A stretch of 64,000 nucleotides of DNA from NCBI RefSeq assembly GCF_963921235.1, contig NC_086097.1:55802001-55866000 (forward strand), given 5' to 3'. The notes under the pieces are model-generated. The model was not told the origin of the DNA. It did no database searches and worked only from the letters and a program-made list of their open reading frames with translations. The position numbers were made by a program, and so were the translations under genes. Source of the DNA: Mobula hypostoma (taxonomy: Eukaryota). Each line of letters begins with the position of its first letter. Within the stretch, counting starts at the first letter, position 1. Shown here piece by piece: positions 21,277-34,171 of this stretch.

Positions 21277-23260
21277 ATAGCACAGCACAAGAACAGGTCC
21301 TTTGGCACACAATGTTATACAAAATTAATTTAATTAGTAATCAAATGCCCAACTAAACTAATCTCTTCTGCTTACACTATCTCCATATCTTTCCACTTCT
21401 TGTGCAATCATGAGCCTATCTAAGAATCTCCTGAATACTCCCGTTGTATTTGCCTTTACCACCACCCTAGACAGTGAATTCCAGACACCCACCACTTTCT
21501 GTGCAAAAACACTTGCCCCACACATCTCATTTGAATCCCTCTCACCTTAAATACATGCTATCTGGTATTAGCATTTCAACCATAGGAAAAGATACCAGCT
21601 GTCTACCTATTCATGCCTCTCACAATCTTATACATTTCCATCAAATCTCCCTTCAGCCTGCACTGCCCCATAGAAAACAACCCAAGTTTGTCTAACCTCT
21701 CCCCAAAGCCCATGCCTTCTAGCCCAAGAAGCATCCTGGTAAACCTCTTCTACATCCTCTCCAAAGCCTCAAAGCACTTCTTATAATGGGGCGACCAGAA
21801 CTGAAAGCAATACTCTAAATGCAGCCTAACTAAAGAGAAGCTGTAACATAATTTCCTAACTCTTGAACCCAGTTTCTTGACTAAAGCAGGCTAGAGTTCC
21901 ATATAGTTTCCTTACCACCATATCACCCTGCTTAGCCACTTTCAGGGACCTATGAACCTGCACCTCAAGATCCCTCTGCACATCAGCACAGTGTACTGTC
22001 ACTGTATATTTGATCTGTTAAACTGCAATGCTTTACATTTGGATAGGTTAATCTCCAGCTGCCATTTCCTTTGCCCATATCTGCAACTGATATATATCCC
22101 AATGTATCCTTTGTCAGTCTTCAATGCTATCCATAGAACCACCAATCTTCAAACTTTCTAACACAGTCGTCAAGGTCATTTATTTACATCACAAACTGCA
22201 GAGGCTCCAGGAAATAGATCCCTGCAGAACACCACTATTTGCAGACCTCCAGCCAGAATTAGTTTGGTAGACATTGTTGCATGGACGACTACACTCCGTA
22301 TTCTATGGGGAAGCCAATTCTGAATCCAAATGGCCAGTTCACTGTTTATCCCAGCCATCTTAATCTATATGAGCCTCCCATGAGGGACCTTATCAAACAC
22401 CTTCCTAAAAAAATCCATGTAAACTACATTCTCAGCGCTACCTTCTTCACCTCCTTGAAAACGCAGTCAAGTTAGTAAGACACAACTTGCCCACACAAGG
22501 CCATGCTGACTGTCCCTAATTAGGCCATGGTTTTTCCAATGCTCATAAATCCACTGGGAACTTATCTACCTTGATGTTCTTTAAGATACCCAAACACTAT
22601 CTATTTTTTAATCTCAAAATGAACATTAGCACACTCCACGCTGATCTCTCTGTCCTCCATGTCCTTCTCCTTGGTAAATACTAATGCAAAGTACTCATTT
22701 CAGACCTCACTCACATCCTCTGCTTCCAATCACTTGTTCCCTGTTTTATCCTTGAGTACTCCTACTTGCTCCTTGATCTTGGTGTATGCGTAAAGTATGC
22801 TGGGATTCTCTTTAAGCCAAAGAATTTATCTTGCCATCCTTGTCCTTCCTTCTTACTGGATCATACCTGTCCTATCCTCTGTGCAGTTGGTCTTTAAACA
22901 CCCACCAAAAGGAGGGTGTTTAAAGACCAGCTACACAGAGTACAACAGGTATATGACTTTAAACACGTCATATGTATTTGCCCAACTAACATCTGCTCCC
23001 AGTTAATGCTACCTAGTTCCTGTCTAATACTAACATAATTTGCCCTGCTCAAATTTAATACTCTCCCACACCAGGTCCATACTCATTCTTATCTACAGCT
23101 GTCGCAAACCTTAAGAAGTTGTTATCGCTGTTGTCCCACTGAAAGTTTAGTCAGTCTCCACTCGTCTCAGTCCCTCCACTTTCTCACCCGGTGTTCTGCT
23201 TTCCATCTCCCTACCAAACTTGGTTTAATCCTCTGGAGGGCCTTCCTAGGTTTGCTAGAG
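21277..23260 (-). mobile_element. CR1 LINE, internally deleted
   Basis: CR1 tail at 21277, ggggcgaccagaactg (QFWSP), GINSELAIWIQNWL, and gcaaagtactcattt (NEYFA). Confidence 0.85.
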
Positions 23261-24964
23261 CGACTCCTGCTGCTAATCTCTTGGTTCTCCCTGCATGTTT
23301 AACACATGGCATGACTTGCAATTTAGCAGGTCAGCATTTCACATTGATGGACATCTGGTCCTCGCCACTCCGTGCATTCCTGCTGTGTGTGGGCATCACA
23401 TGATAGAGTTCTTCCTGATACGGTGGAGAAGAGAAAATCGCAGCTCATACTACAAATATCTTCACACATGTTGAACTTCGTGTTGGATGCGTATTTGCCC
23501 TCATTACATACATTGAACTTGCAACACACAGCCAAATTGTGAGTCTTCATTTCACAGGAAAAGAAAGATACCCTGTGAAAGTTGATGACAGGGACAAGAT
23601 TTTATTCCATTTTGTTTTCCCCTCTTTATCACTGTCATTACGTGGCCAGTACCAGTAAGTGGAGACCTCACTAGGTGCTAAGACTGATAATATCCCCCTT
23701 TTCACATTGGAACTCCTTGTGCTACGTACTGCTGCTTGCTGCGTGTAATTTAATGACAAGCTGCAGCAGGTGCCAATAAAAATGGATCTTTTTTCTCAGT
23801 GGGAAACAGAAATGAAAACGTTACAAGTCTGATTATATTTCCAGAGTAGCCCAGGGCAAATTGCCACTGTTCAAATCAGTAAGTTACTGTTAAAATACAT
23901 AAAAAGAAAAATGATTGACATGCAGTTATGTAACATCTTCCATGATCTGAGGGACGTCCAAATTGCTTTAGACAAAAATTACACATATATTGCAATTAAT
24001 TTTAATTATATTCTTCACCAACCTCAGTTCACTTCAAACTCATTGCCCTGGATCTTATGAGCTAGATTTTAATCATGCCACTATCCCATCACCATGGTTA
24101 GTACTGGGGCAGTTACTTTTCACTTGAGTTAATTGTTTGTGAGAAGTCAGAGAGATCACAACTTGGAGATGTTTTGATCACCTGAATGGCTCAGAGAATT
24201 TCTAAGAGTTCCATATTGGTCCATTCCTTATTTTCTTGTCACAAGATGGATTAGCAAACCAATATCAGTGTCCTGCCCCAGGCCAACATCCCCTTAATTG
24301 AGGCTTAGTCAGCTATATTATGCAAGCCATGTCACCTACATGCCTGCAACAAGTACTCTTTACTGTGCTCTGTTGTGAAGTGAGATTACTGGGTAGATAG
24401 GGTAAATGATTCAAGGATGGGCAGAAGGTCTCCTTTTTAAAAAAAAGCAACATCCCGAATGACTTCTCAGAATCACCAGCCCATGACAATTCAAAGTGGA
24501 GAAGAATTGAGTTAAGAGCAGACAGAAGCCCAACATAAATGATACGAATTGAACATTAAATCACAAGCTGTTCAACACCCCTATCACCCTACTTCTATAG
24601 GCATCATCAGGTATTGTTTGCAAATGGTTCATGCCCATAAAGAAGGATGCCCTTACATGATAAAGCTTTGTACCACCACAGATTCATCCCTATGCTTCTA
24701 GAAGTCCCCACTGAAATAATTATATTGGCTTTGGTCTGAATTTATTTTGGAATACAGCACAAGTCAACTTTGTGCAATGCTGACTGCAAAATCCAAGCCA
24801 AAGAAAGGAGCCGCTAATGTACGTACAAATAAATCCTAAAACACTTTCAACAAACATTAACACTGCTGGATTCTTGAGCTTAGCAACCAATGGTAGGCCA
24901 AAACTGAGGGCGGTTCTCCTGTAAACTGGTCGAGTGCATTGACAGCTCAGAATTTAAGGAAAAT

Positions 24965-25650
24965 AAATGGTTGTATTGATGTTGTGCCTTTTATATATCA
25001 TCAGCTTGTTGCAACATTCTTCTCAGCTAATGAAGTCCGTTTGAAATGTAGTCAGAAAAAGCCACAGCATGTTCTCACAAATAGTAATGTGATAATTATT
25101 AGCTAATGTATTTTTGTGATATTGCATGAGGAGTAAGTGTCAAGGAGACCCACTGATAACTGCCCTGCACTTTTTCTTAAAGGGTGCCTTGAAATCTAGC
25201 TTATCTGCCAGAGAGGAGAGATGGTTTTAAAATCCTTCAGAAAATCACCTGATGGTGAAGCACTCCATCAGTTCTCCACTGTAGTCGCAGCTTAAGTTTT
25301 CAAAGTTCAAAGTGAATTTATCAAAGTACTCATATGTCATCCTGAGATTCAATTTCTTGTGGGCATTCACTGTAGGTGCAAAGAAACACAAATGTATCAA
25401 TGAAAATCTACACATAAAGGTGAACAAACAACCAATGTGAAAAAGAAGACAAACTGTGTAAATTCAAACAATAATAATAATAAATAAGTAATAAAAATAT
25501 CGAGAAAATGAATTGTAGAGTTATTGAAAGTGAGTCCATAAGTGGAATCAGTTCATTTTGAGGTGAGTGAAGTTATCTACGCTCACCTCATTTTTGTACC
25601 CAAGTCTCCAGATGAGACTTGATCCCACTGCTTCCTGTCTCAGAGGCTGT
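24965..25650 (-). mobile_element. Deu-domain SINE (SacSINE1/AmnSINE1-like), split by a LINE tail at ~25297-25585
   Basis: ctcacaaatagtaatgtgataat...gataactgccctgcac...gcactccatcagttctccactgtagt, then caagtctccagatgagacttgatcccac...ctcagaggc as the antisense tRNA-like head. Confidence 0.7.
25297..25585 (-). mobile_element. Rex1-type 3' UTR fragment
   Basis: ttcaaagttcaaagtgaatttatcaaagta tail, same family as ~26718-26860, 44625-44795 and 49600-49970. Confidence 0.65.
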
Positions 25651-28600
25651 TAGAGAAGGTTGGAGATAGAATCTTGCCTGAAATTCCCTCATTTGCCAGT
25701 GCATGCGCGAAGCAGTTCCGCAAAGCCTGACCTAAAAATGTTGGGATATCAAATCCTTTTGCTGAATTCGACATATGCACCATTTGCTTGGGTCCTTACC
25801 AACACTTGTCAAAGTTGTAGCTCTCAAGTGCCTTTAGCTGTGCTTGGTTAAAATTTCTCTTCAAAGTTTTCATTATGTTTTCATGGTGAGAGGTTACTGT
25901 TGCCTTGTGGCACTAACAGGCTCATCAAAGCCCCAAATGTTTCCAGCCCTACAAACAGCATGACTGTAGCCTTCTTCTCACTTATAGCTGCTCTTAACTT
26001 TTCTGTGTCCTCCCCAGGATCTTAATGATATCAACCTCTCAGAAATATTTCCATTCATTCTATACTCAGGACCAATGTATGAGTTCGTTTGTATCCCTCA
26101 AGCCGCCTGAAAATGCAGCACATTGATTACCTCCTGATATTGCTGCTCCAGTTAGAAAGCACCATCATCTATTTACTTCGCATTGGATCACTGTCCTGCT
26201 AATCATAAAATGGAAGATCAAAATCTCTGCATGTCAATGATGAGGAGCAAGATTTGCTGGGATATAGGCATTAGAGGTTTAGATGAAATGGTACAAAGGA
26301 GGCTGGAGGACAGGGTGCTGACTCAGCTTTAGAATAGCTGATTCTGGAGAGACAACAAATGAGGGCTTCAGCTCTGGATTTGCAGAGGCAAATGCAAATA
26401 AATAAAGGTAGTTGGTAAGGAATAGAACATCAAATGATTCAGGTTCTGAACAGTCAGAAGTAATGCAGATATCGAATCCAAGAGGACTATTTATGTCCTA
26501 CAGCAAACTTCTTCAAGTGAACTGTTTGCATATCATATATCATATGTTCAATTTTTATTTCCATTTGCCAGAGGAGATGAAGAAGTGTGAAAGTTCATCC
26601 TGATCTCTATATGTGTTAATGTTATACATCTATCTACTTACTGCCACATCCAGGAGAATGATTTATACTCCTCAATAATTGAAATTAAAGGCCAGAATAT
26701 CACACACCCCTAACTGAAGTTCAAAGTTCAAAATATATTTATTATCAATGTATGTATACCTTGAGATTCATCTTCTTGCAGACAACCACAAAACAAAGAA
26801 ATACAATAGAATTCATGAAAAACCTCACACCACAAAGACGGCAGCCTCCCAAAATATAAACAGTTAACAGAGCGTGGTCTGCTTCTGCAAATATCTGTTT
26901 GGAAGCTCATTACACAGACGGCATAACCTTAGGACAAAGTAGCAAGTTGGATTTTGCTGATTTTACTAAGGAAATGATGTTTAATGCAGGAGACTCATTC
27001 TGCCTGCTTTTCAGAAGTAGCACCAGTAGAACACGTGCAGATGAAAGAAAACAAAAGCCACTTAATGCTTGAAAGCTGAATCACCACTTTGAGGAGTAAC
27101 GCAGTGCTTGGAAGCTATTGAGTTTAAAAATAAAAGCATCAAAGTTTTAATGGAAGCCTGTTTGGATCAATGTATCATAAAGAGCATCCAAAACTGCTTA
27201 GGTGATCCTTCTGTAGAAATGAGAATGGATCTTCAGGATTTAGTCAGTAAAGCTGGCTGGGTTTGACCTTACTTGGTCTCATATTAAGTCTGCTGTAACT
27301 CAATGAAAGCAGTTTTTGTTTGGTTAATGCGTGGGATTGCAGCCACCATTAGACCATACTGTTCAACTGATGCTGCCACTAAAGTCTAGTGTGCATATAA
27401 TTGACTGATAAGACTACAGCATCAAATGGCTAAGGGACTGCTATGATAGAATTTAAAGATTTGTTCTTCTTTGCATTTCATTTACATCTCAAGCCATACT
27501 GGAGATACAGTTGAACAAAGCTCCGGCTTAGACAGTGATTAGATCTGAGTGGCTTGGATTTTTGCTGAAATTGCTGCATTCTTATCCAGTGTATTCAGAG
27601 AACGGGTGGAAAATGATACCTTTGGTAAACTTTACTATTTTGTGAGGTAATTTTATGACATTAAAATCTGTAAAAAGATGATATTAGTTAAAAAAGCCTC
27701 TTGTGCATTCAAGTGTCAGGGGTTAGATGGCAATAAAGCAAGGAGTAGGCTGCGATCCAGCAGCATGGCTTTGATAAGGAAACCTCCAACCTTGGCCTGC
27801 TCCAGCCAGTTACCTTTGCCACAGCAGAAGACTGGTGTCCACGAGGACAACTAATAATTTCATTAATCTCCTATCTAAAGAAGATTTCAAAAGGAGTACC
27901 GTTTTGTTTAACACAATAGAATTGTTTCTAGATTTTGAATGGCATTACCTTAATACAATGTTGGATCATTTATACATTTTAAATTCTGCTTCTTGTGGTG
28001 CGCAATAGGATTTATTGACAAAGAATTCCAGAATAACAGCAAATCCATAGTATGTTTGGCTCAAAAAATTGGGGAATGTGCTTTGTACCAATGGATTATT
28101 TATGTAGCAAAGTAATAATAGCCAGATATAATTTATCGGGCAAACTGGAAGAGATTAAAACAAATTCTCTCACCAGACGAAGGAAAGCAAATCCATCACA
28201 GTGTACAGATTTGATTAATTAATGAAATTATTAAAATGTAACTGTGGGAAAAATAAATCCCATGAATAAATTTCAAATACTTCACCTATGCTTTATTTTG
28301 AAAAAAAGCTTGAAAAATCAACATGAATTCATTATTTTTTCAAAACTTGTAGCAACTTTAAATATAATCTTTAATCATTTAAGTAATATCTTAGGAAGCT
28401 GGATTTAAAATATAAAATATTTAGCCTCCATTTCATGCCAATAATTTAAGCAAGAAGAGTTTTTTTCCTGAATGACCACATATTATACCAAACAGTTCAG
28501 AATGATCTATATAAAAGCATTAACTGAGAACTATTGTATATGCCTTTATCTCCTAGCATCTTAATAGTCAGTCATTTTAGGAAATGCAGATTTTTTTCTT

Positions 28601-29257
28601 AAATATTAAGTGATCATTACATTTAAACAGATATATTGTAACATTAGGAATATAACAATCAAGTCACTTTGTGTCAGACATCTGTGAAGCACATTCCTCC
28701 TCATCTGAGACGAGTACACGACAAATTAAAGTAATTTCGGAAAATACTTTCACTATGAATACGCAGCTTGACTACTTTACATAGGAGGCCACAGCTAAAA
28801 GTTCTTTAACATAATGTTTGATCTGCAAAAGGTAGAGAATGAGAATTCATATCGACAGACCTTAATCTAAATATTAAGTAATGTGACACTAAAGAAACGT
28901 ACAATTATAGTATAATAATATCTTTGTTTATTGGCATTTTCATGGATCAAGTTCTAGTCCTATCAGTGCTGCATAATTACTAGAACCTTTTAAGTGAAGT
29001 TACTTTGAAAGTTTACCATTTCCAACTTTGAGGGGAAATTATATTTTAATTTTGGTCCAAACTTGTTGTGGCTTAAGTGTAATTTCTAGATTCTTTGAAT
29101 ACATAATATTATCAAGCTTCCTCATAAATAAACAAAATTTGTTGTCAGAATTTATAACATGCTGCTAAATTGCACTTAAGTCACAATATATTTTACTTAC
29201 TTCAATATTAATTTTAACCTTTTTATTTTTTGCTGTTTCCATTCATTCTCATCTCAA

Positions 29258-29690
29258 GTTAGACCATAAGACAATGAGGCTTAGGAGAAAATTAGGCTAT
29301 ATTGCCTATTGAGTCTGCTCTGCCATTTCATCAAGGCTGATTTATAATTCCTTTTAACCCCATTCTCCTGCCTTCTTCCTGTAACCTTTGAAGCCATTAC
29401 TAATCAAGAACCTATCAACCTCTGCTTTAAATATACACAATGACTTGGCCTCCACAGCCTTCTACATCAATGAATTCCACAGATTCACCACCCTCTAGCT
29501 AGGAAATTCCTCTTCATCTCTGTTCTAAAGGGATATTTTTCTATTCTGAGGCGGTGCCCTCTGGTTCTAGAATTCCCCTGCTATAGGAAGCATTCTCTCT
29601 ACATCCATTCTGACTAAGCCTTTCAATATTTGAAAGGTTTCAATGAGATCCTCCCCCTTTCTTCTAAATTCCAGCGAGTTCTGACAGAGT
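29258..29690 (-). mobile_element. CR1 3' end
   Basis: accataagac tail and gaattccacagattcaccaccctct (RVVNLWNS). Same subfamily as 2380-2853. Confidence 0.9.
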
Positions 29691-32182
29691 AACTCTGACA
29701 TGGAATCAATGGCATTCTTTACTGTACAACTCTTTTATTTGGTAGCATTTGCACTTCTAGCTACAAAAAAGTAGTTGTGATATAAAGCCAGTGATAGTAT
29801 GCCTGTCAATGGGCAGCAGTACGTAAAATGGAAACCTGCTGAAGAGGAAAGGAGAGCGAGAGGGCTGAAGAAGAAATGCAATAGCAGGAAGGCTAATTCA
29901 CTATCCACAACAGCTGAAAAAAGTGCATCTGAAATGGTTTAAACTTAGGATAATTGGAAAGGGGAAGGACACAAATTCTTGATTGGCGAATGTGCAATTA
30001 GATTCACAATAAGATAGAATGTTCAAAGTAAACCAGTCCCAACAGCAGTGAATGGTACTAAGGAGAAACTCCCAAAGCAAACATCTTGCCACCGGCGATT
30101 AACAATTTTGAGAAGTGAATGTCTCGCAATTGCATTTGTGATAACTGTCAAAATCCCAAAGGATGGGGGACATCAGGATAATAGAAGACATTTATTTTAG
30201 TTTTGATAATTATTCCTCAAGTAGCTCCATGCAGATTTTCTCATTTCTGTGCCAAACAACCTCAAAGTTTCACATCATTTTCTGAAGAAGGCAGAATAGG
30301 AACAAACCTCCATTATAACATGGTTCTTGGGAACCAAGCACTTTGCATTTTGTAATGAAGTGTACTTTATATTGAATGCCACTCAACATAGCCATTAATG
30401 GAACATAAAAAAATTAAGGAGAGGGTTAGATTACGCTGTAACTGGAAGTTTTATAGTGCACAATTTCAATGTAACAACCAAAAGGAGAAGTAACTTCAAA
30501 TTGAAGTTGTAAAATAAATATAATGATAACAGAAATATAAATAGCTTAGCATTTTCAATATCTTTGAAGTAAGCAGCATAGGCATTGTAATTATTGAAAT
30601 TATTTTGTTTTTTTCAGTGTTTGATGGTAGCAGAAAATTGAGTATTAAATCAGAAAATCTTTATTCTATATTTTGTTCTACAGTTCACCAATATGATATT
30701 TTAGCTACTGAGTATGTTATCAACAGAGTATTAACTCGAGAAAATCAAGCTAATCAATAAAATTACCTTTCCCAGTGACTTGCCGTCAAAATATTGTGCT
30801 ACCGAATTTTCACAAAAACACTGCAAATTCTGATCTCCTGCTTTCCAGTACAATAGCCTTATTTTTATCTGAAGAACTAGAATTATTTCACTCATGTATG
30901 AGGAAAGACAGAAGTGACGGCTTTTTTTTCTGAAACTGGTTGCTAGACAAAATATTCTTACAAATTATCAGCAAAGTGGAATTTCAGAATAATAAAAGTG
31001 CCCCCACCCCTCCAGTCCATTATGATAGTAGGTTGTTAGTTGCTAGTAAATCAGATGGTTCTTTGGTTTGTTAGTGGCAAGGTACTCATACCAAATGATA
31101 TGGTGATTTTAATCTATTCTCAAGAATAGAATTTTGAAAAATCACAAAACTCAAGTTTTAATTAGAAAAAAAACCTTTATCATCAACGTTTTGAACTGAT
31201 GAAGGTGGATCAGATGGATTAAGGAGAAAATCCTCCCTTAGCTCAGCTCTGGCAGATGAACAGTTTTGTGTTTGAAAATGTTCAAGATAGAATGTGTACT
31301 TGTAATTGATACACACTTATGGATTCTTTAAGGAACTGAGCAACTGAAGCAAAATGTTTTTAACATTATGATAAAACAAAGTGTAAACAAAAACTCACAT
31401 TAATCTTTACATATAGCTGAAAACAATGAAGGAATGAATCATCAAAATAAATAAATTTTCAGTTCTGGGCAGCTTGTTTAGCAATAATTCTGATCCATTG
31501 TGCTATTATTTCCTTTGAATGGACAACCTTTGACTATTTAATAGGTATCCAGTGCGTAAAAAGAACAACTTTGCATCTGTCAATTATCTGCACCAAAGTC
31601 AGGTACTGGTGCAGTGAGACTTGTAGAGAAATACCGCAGTTCACTTTTTCTGTATTTAATCATGCATGTGTGGTAGATGATACTCAGATTTACTCTAGAA
31701 CAATGGTGGGTCTGACATTATCCCTGTGCAAAATCCAGGCTAAGTTGTACAACTGAACAACCACTAAGAGTGCATAAAGAATCCACAATAGGGACCCATT
31801 CTATCATTGTCTCAAGATCAAACCCCCTAAGAAATTTACGGACTCCTATGTTCTAATGGTAATCTCTTTGAAATGTTCAAAATTTCATAAGAATTGACAA
31901 AGTAGATGTAGAAATTATGTTTTTAGTAAGTGGAGCGTCAAGAACCAGGGACCACAGTCTCAAAATGAGGGGTTGCTTAATACAGAATACAGATGATATT
32001 ATTTAGAATAACATATCATAATTGTTCCATAATTCTTTATGAAAACAATAACATGGTACTACCTGGGGCTAGAACAATTGTTTTCAGGACAATTTTCATA
32101 CAATTGTACAAATAGTAACCTCAGCTGTCGTGAAATTCCAGGAAGAGAGTACTTTTCTATCTCTTTTATGGATATGAGACCA

Positions 32183-32736
32183 GACTCAGTGGCCACTTTA
32201 ATAGGTACACCTGTTCATTAATGCAGATATCTAATCAGTCAATCGTGGCAGCAACTCAATGCATAAAAACATGCAGACATGGTCAAGAGGCTCAGTTGAT
32301 GCTCATAGCAAACCTCAGAATGGGGCAAAAGAAATGAGATCTAAATGACTTTGACCATGGTGCCAGACAGGGTGATTTGAATATCTCAGAAAATGCTGAT
32401 CTCTTGGGAGTTTCACACAACAGTCTCTAGAGTTTACAAAAACAGTGCAAAAAAAAACAAAACCCACCCAGTGAGCAGCGGTTCTATGGGTGAAAGCACC
32501 TTGTTAATAAGAGAGATCAAAGGAAAATGGCCAGATTAGTTCAAGCTGACAAGATGGCTCAGATAACCATGAATTACAACAGTGAGGTGCAGAAGAGCAT
32601 CTCTGAACATACAATACATCAACATTAAAGTGAATGGTTTACAGCAGCAAAAAGCGCGAGTATACACTCAGTGGCCAATTAATTAGGTACCTACAGTAGT
32701 AATACAGTGGGTACCTAATAAATTGGCCCCTGAGTG
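32183..32736 (+). mobile_element. Tc1-like non-autonomous element with a terminal hairpin made of two TIRs
   Basis: TIR actcagtggccactttaatagg at the left end, internally at 32665 and inverted at the right end followed by TA. Interior matches the Tc1 HTH region of 61674-62300. Confidence 0.88.
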
Positions 32737-32867
32737 TATACTACTAATGATTGTCTTTGAGGCTTTGTGTTTGGGGGACATGGTTAGAAAATCTGGCCTT
32801 GTAATAGCACCACTTCCATCTGATTCCTTGTGGTCTTATTGAAATACAATGCATTCCGCACAATTGA

Positions 32868-32959
32868 AATAGTCTTATCAGGGCTTGCAATGGTCTTATC
32901 AGGGCTTGCAATAGTCTTATCAGGGCTTGCAATAGTCTTATCAAGCCTTGTAATAGTCT
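32868..32959. repeat. 21-bp minisatellite, ~4.4 copies (aatagtcttatcagggcttgc)
   Basis: Units start at 32868, 32889, 32910, 32931 and 32952. Confidence 0.95.
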
Positions 32960-33189
32960 CAGCACACTCAAGAATTCCATGTCTATTCTCGAGACATGAA
33001 GGTACTGATGGTGAGCTTTCAGTAGCAGAGGTTCCGCCTTCCTGATGAGATGATGAACTGGGATCCAGTCTCTTTGGAATCAGTGGATGCAATGTGAGGA
33101 AAAGTATAGGATTTCTCTTTGGTGCCCTGCCCAATAATTGACACTAATCAATATAGTAAAAACAGATTATCAGGTGATTTCCTTTATCT

Positions 33190-33620
33190 GAAATTACCAG
33201 AGGGGAAAAAGTTGCATAAACTCAAAATGATAAATGCAAAACCTGGAACTAATGTTTCCTGGAAATAGTTGAATGCAGTGCCAAGTTCAGAAGGCTGTAA
33301 AGTGTCCATGGTTTTCCAACCATGGTGAGCTTCATTAGAACAATAGCAGAAAGCAAAGACAGACAGACCAGAATGGGATTGGAATGAGGAATTAATATGG
33401 CAAGCAAGCTTGGTGTCTTTCTTGTGAACAATCCCAAGGTGGAGGAGACCGCATTGTGAGAAGCAAATGCAGTACATTGAAAGGCAAGTGAGTTAGTTCA
33501 TTGCCTGAAAAGACTGTTTAAAACCCCTGACTGCTGGGAGAGTTTCACAACATGCAGCTGGTGGGAGAGATGGAAAAACAGGTGTGGCTTCTCCTCTAGC
33601 AGCACAGTAAGTGCTACATG
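33190..33620 (-). mobile_element. Old Penelope-like GIY-YIG fragment
   Basis: ORF 33184-33477 YCICFSQCGLLHLG...LACHINS...SHSGLSV...CSNEA...TLQPSEL parallels ORF 15062-15409. Confidence 0.75.
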
Positions 33621-34040
33621 AAGACAAGTCTGTATTGGTGAAGATGCCCAACAGAAGAGAAGATCTCAACAAGAAACAATTATGATAATTGGGTTACCAC
33701 TTGCATGCAGGAAAGGGTTGGAAGCTTAGCTCCATGCAGAGTCATGTTCAAGGACACAGTTGGACCTCCCCGTGTTTCGTGGGGCCTGATAATGCCCCAA
33801 GCCTCTCTGTGCACATACTTGGTGCGTTGACTGTCGACCATGGCAGGTACTTTTAAAAACAGTTATATGAATACTCCACAAATACAACATTCTCTCCTGA
33901 TGTGCAAATCAGAAAAGTGAATTAAGGTTAATTATTTGATGAAATCCTTTTCAAAGTGGGTGCCGATAGTTAGATAATGAGAGCGTATTTTGCTTTGTGA
34001 GTACTACTCAACCACAGAAGGCATGACCTAACCAGAGACA

Positions 34041-34171
34041 CAAGAGGTAGCACAGATGCTGGAAATCTGAAGCAATATACACAATGTGCTGGGGGAACTG
34101 AGCAGGTCAGGCAGCATCTCTAGATGGGAATAAACAGTCAACGTTTCAGGCTGAGACCCTTCATCAGGACC
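34041..34171 (-). mobile_element. Penelope-derived pLTR/short element carrying a hammerhead motif
   Basis: Flanked by gacctaaccagagaca (34025-34040) and gacctaatcagacaca (34168-34183), 14/16 identical. Confidence 0.85.
34136..34171 (-). ncRNA. Minimal type-I hammerhead ribozyme motif
   Basis: GGUC-CUGAUGA-AGG(GUCUCAG)CCU-GAAA-CG-UU-GACU: conserved core boxes, stems I and II paired, palindromic AACGUU at stem III. Confidence 0.7.

Noticed and set aside
25850..26600. L2-like remnants (also ~2100-2250 and ~28650-28730)
   Set aside because: Plausible old LINE debris but too decayed to assign family or boundaries by eye.
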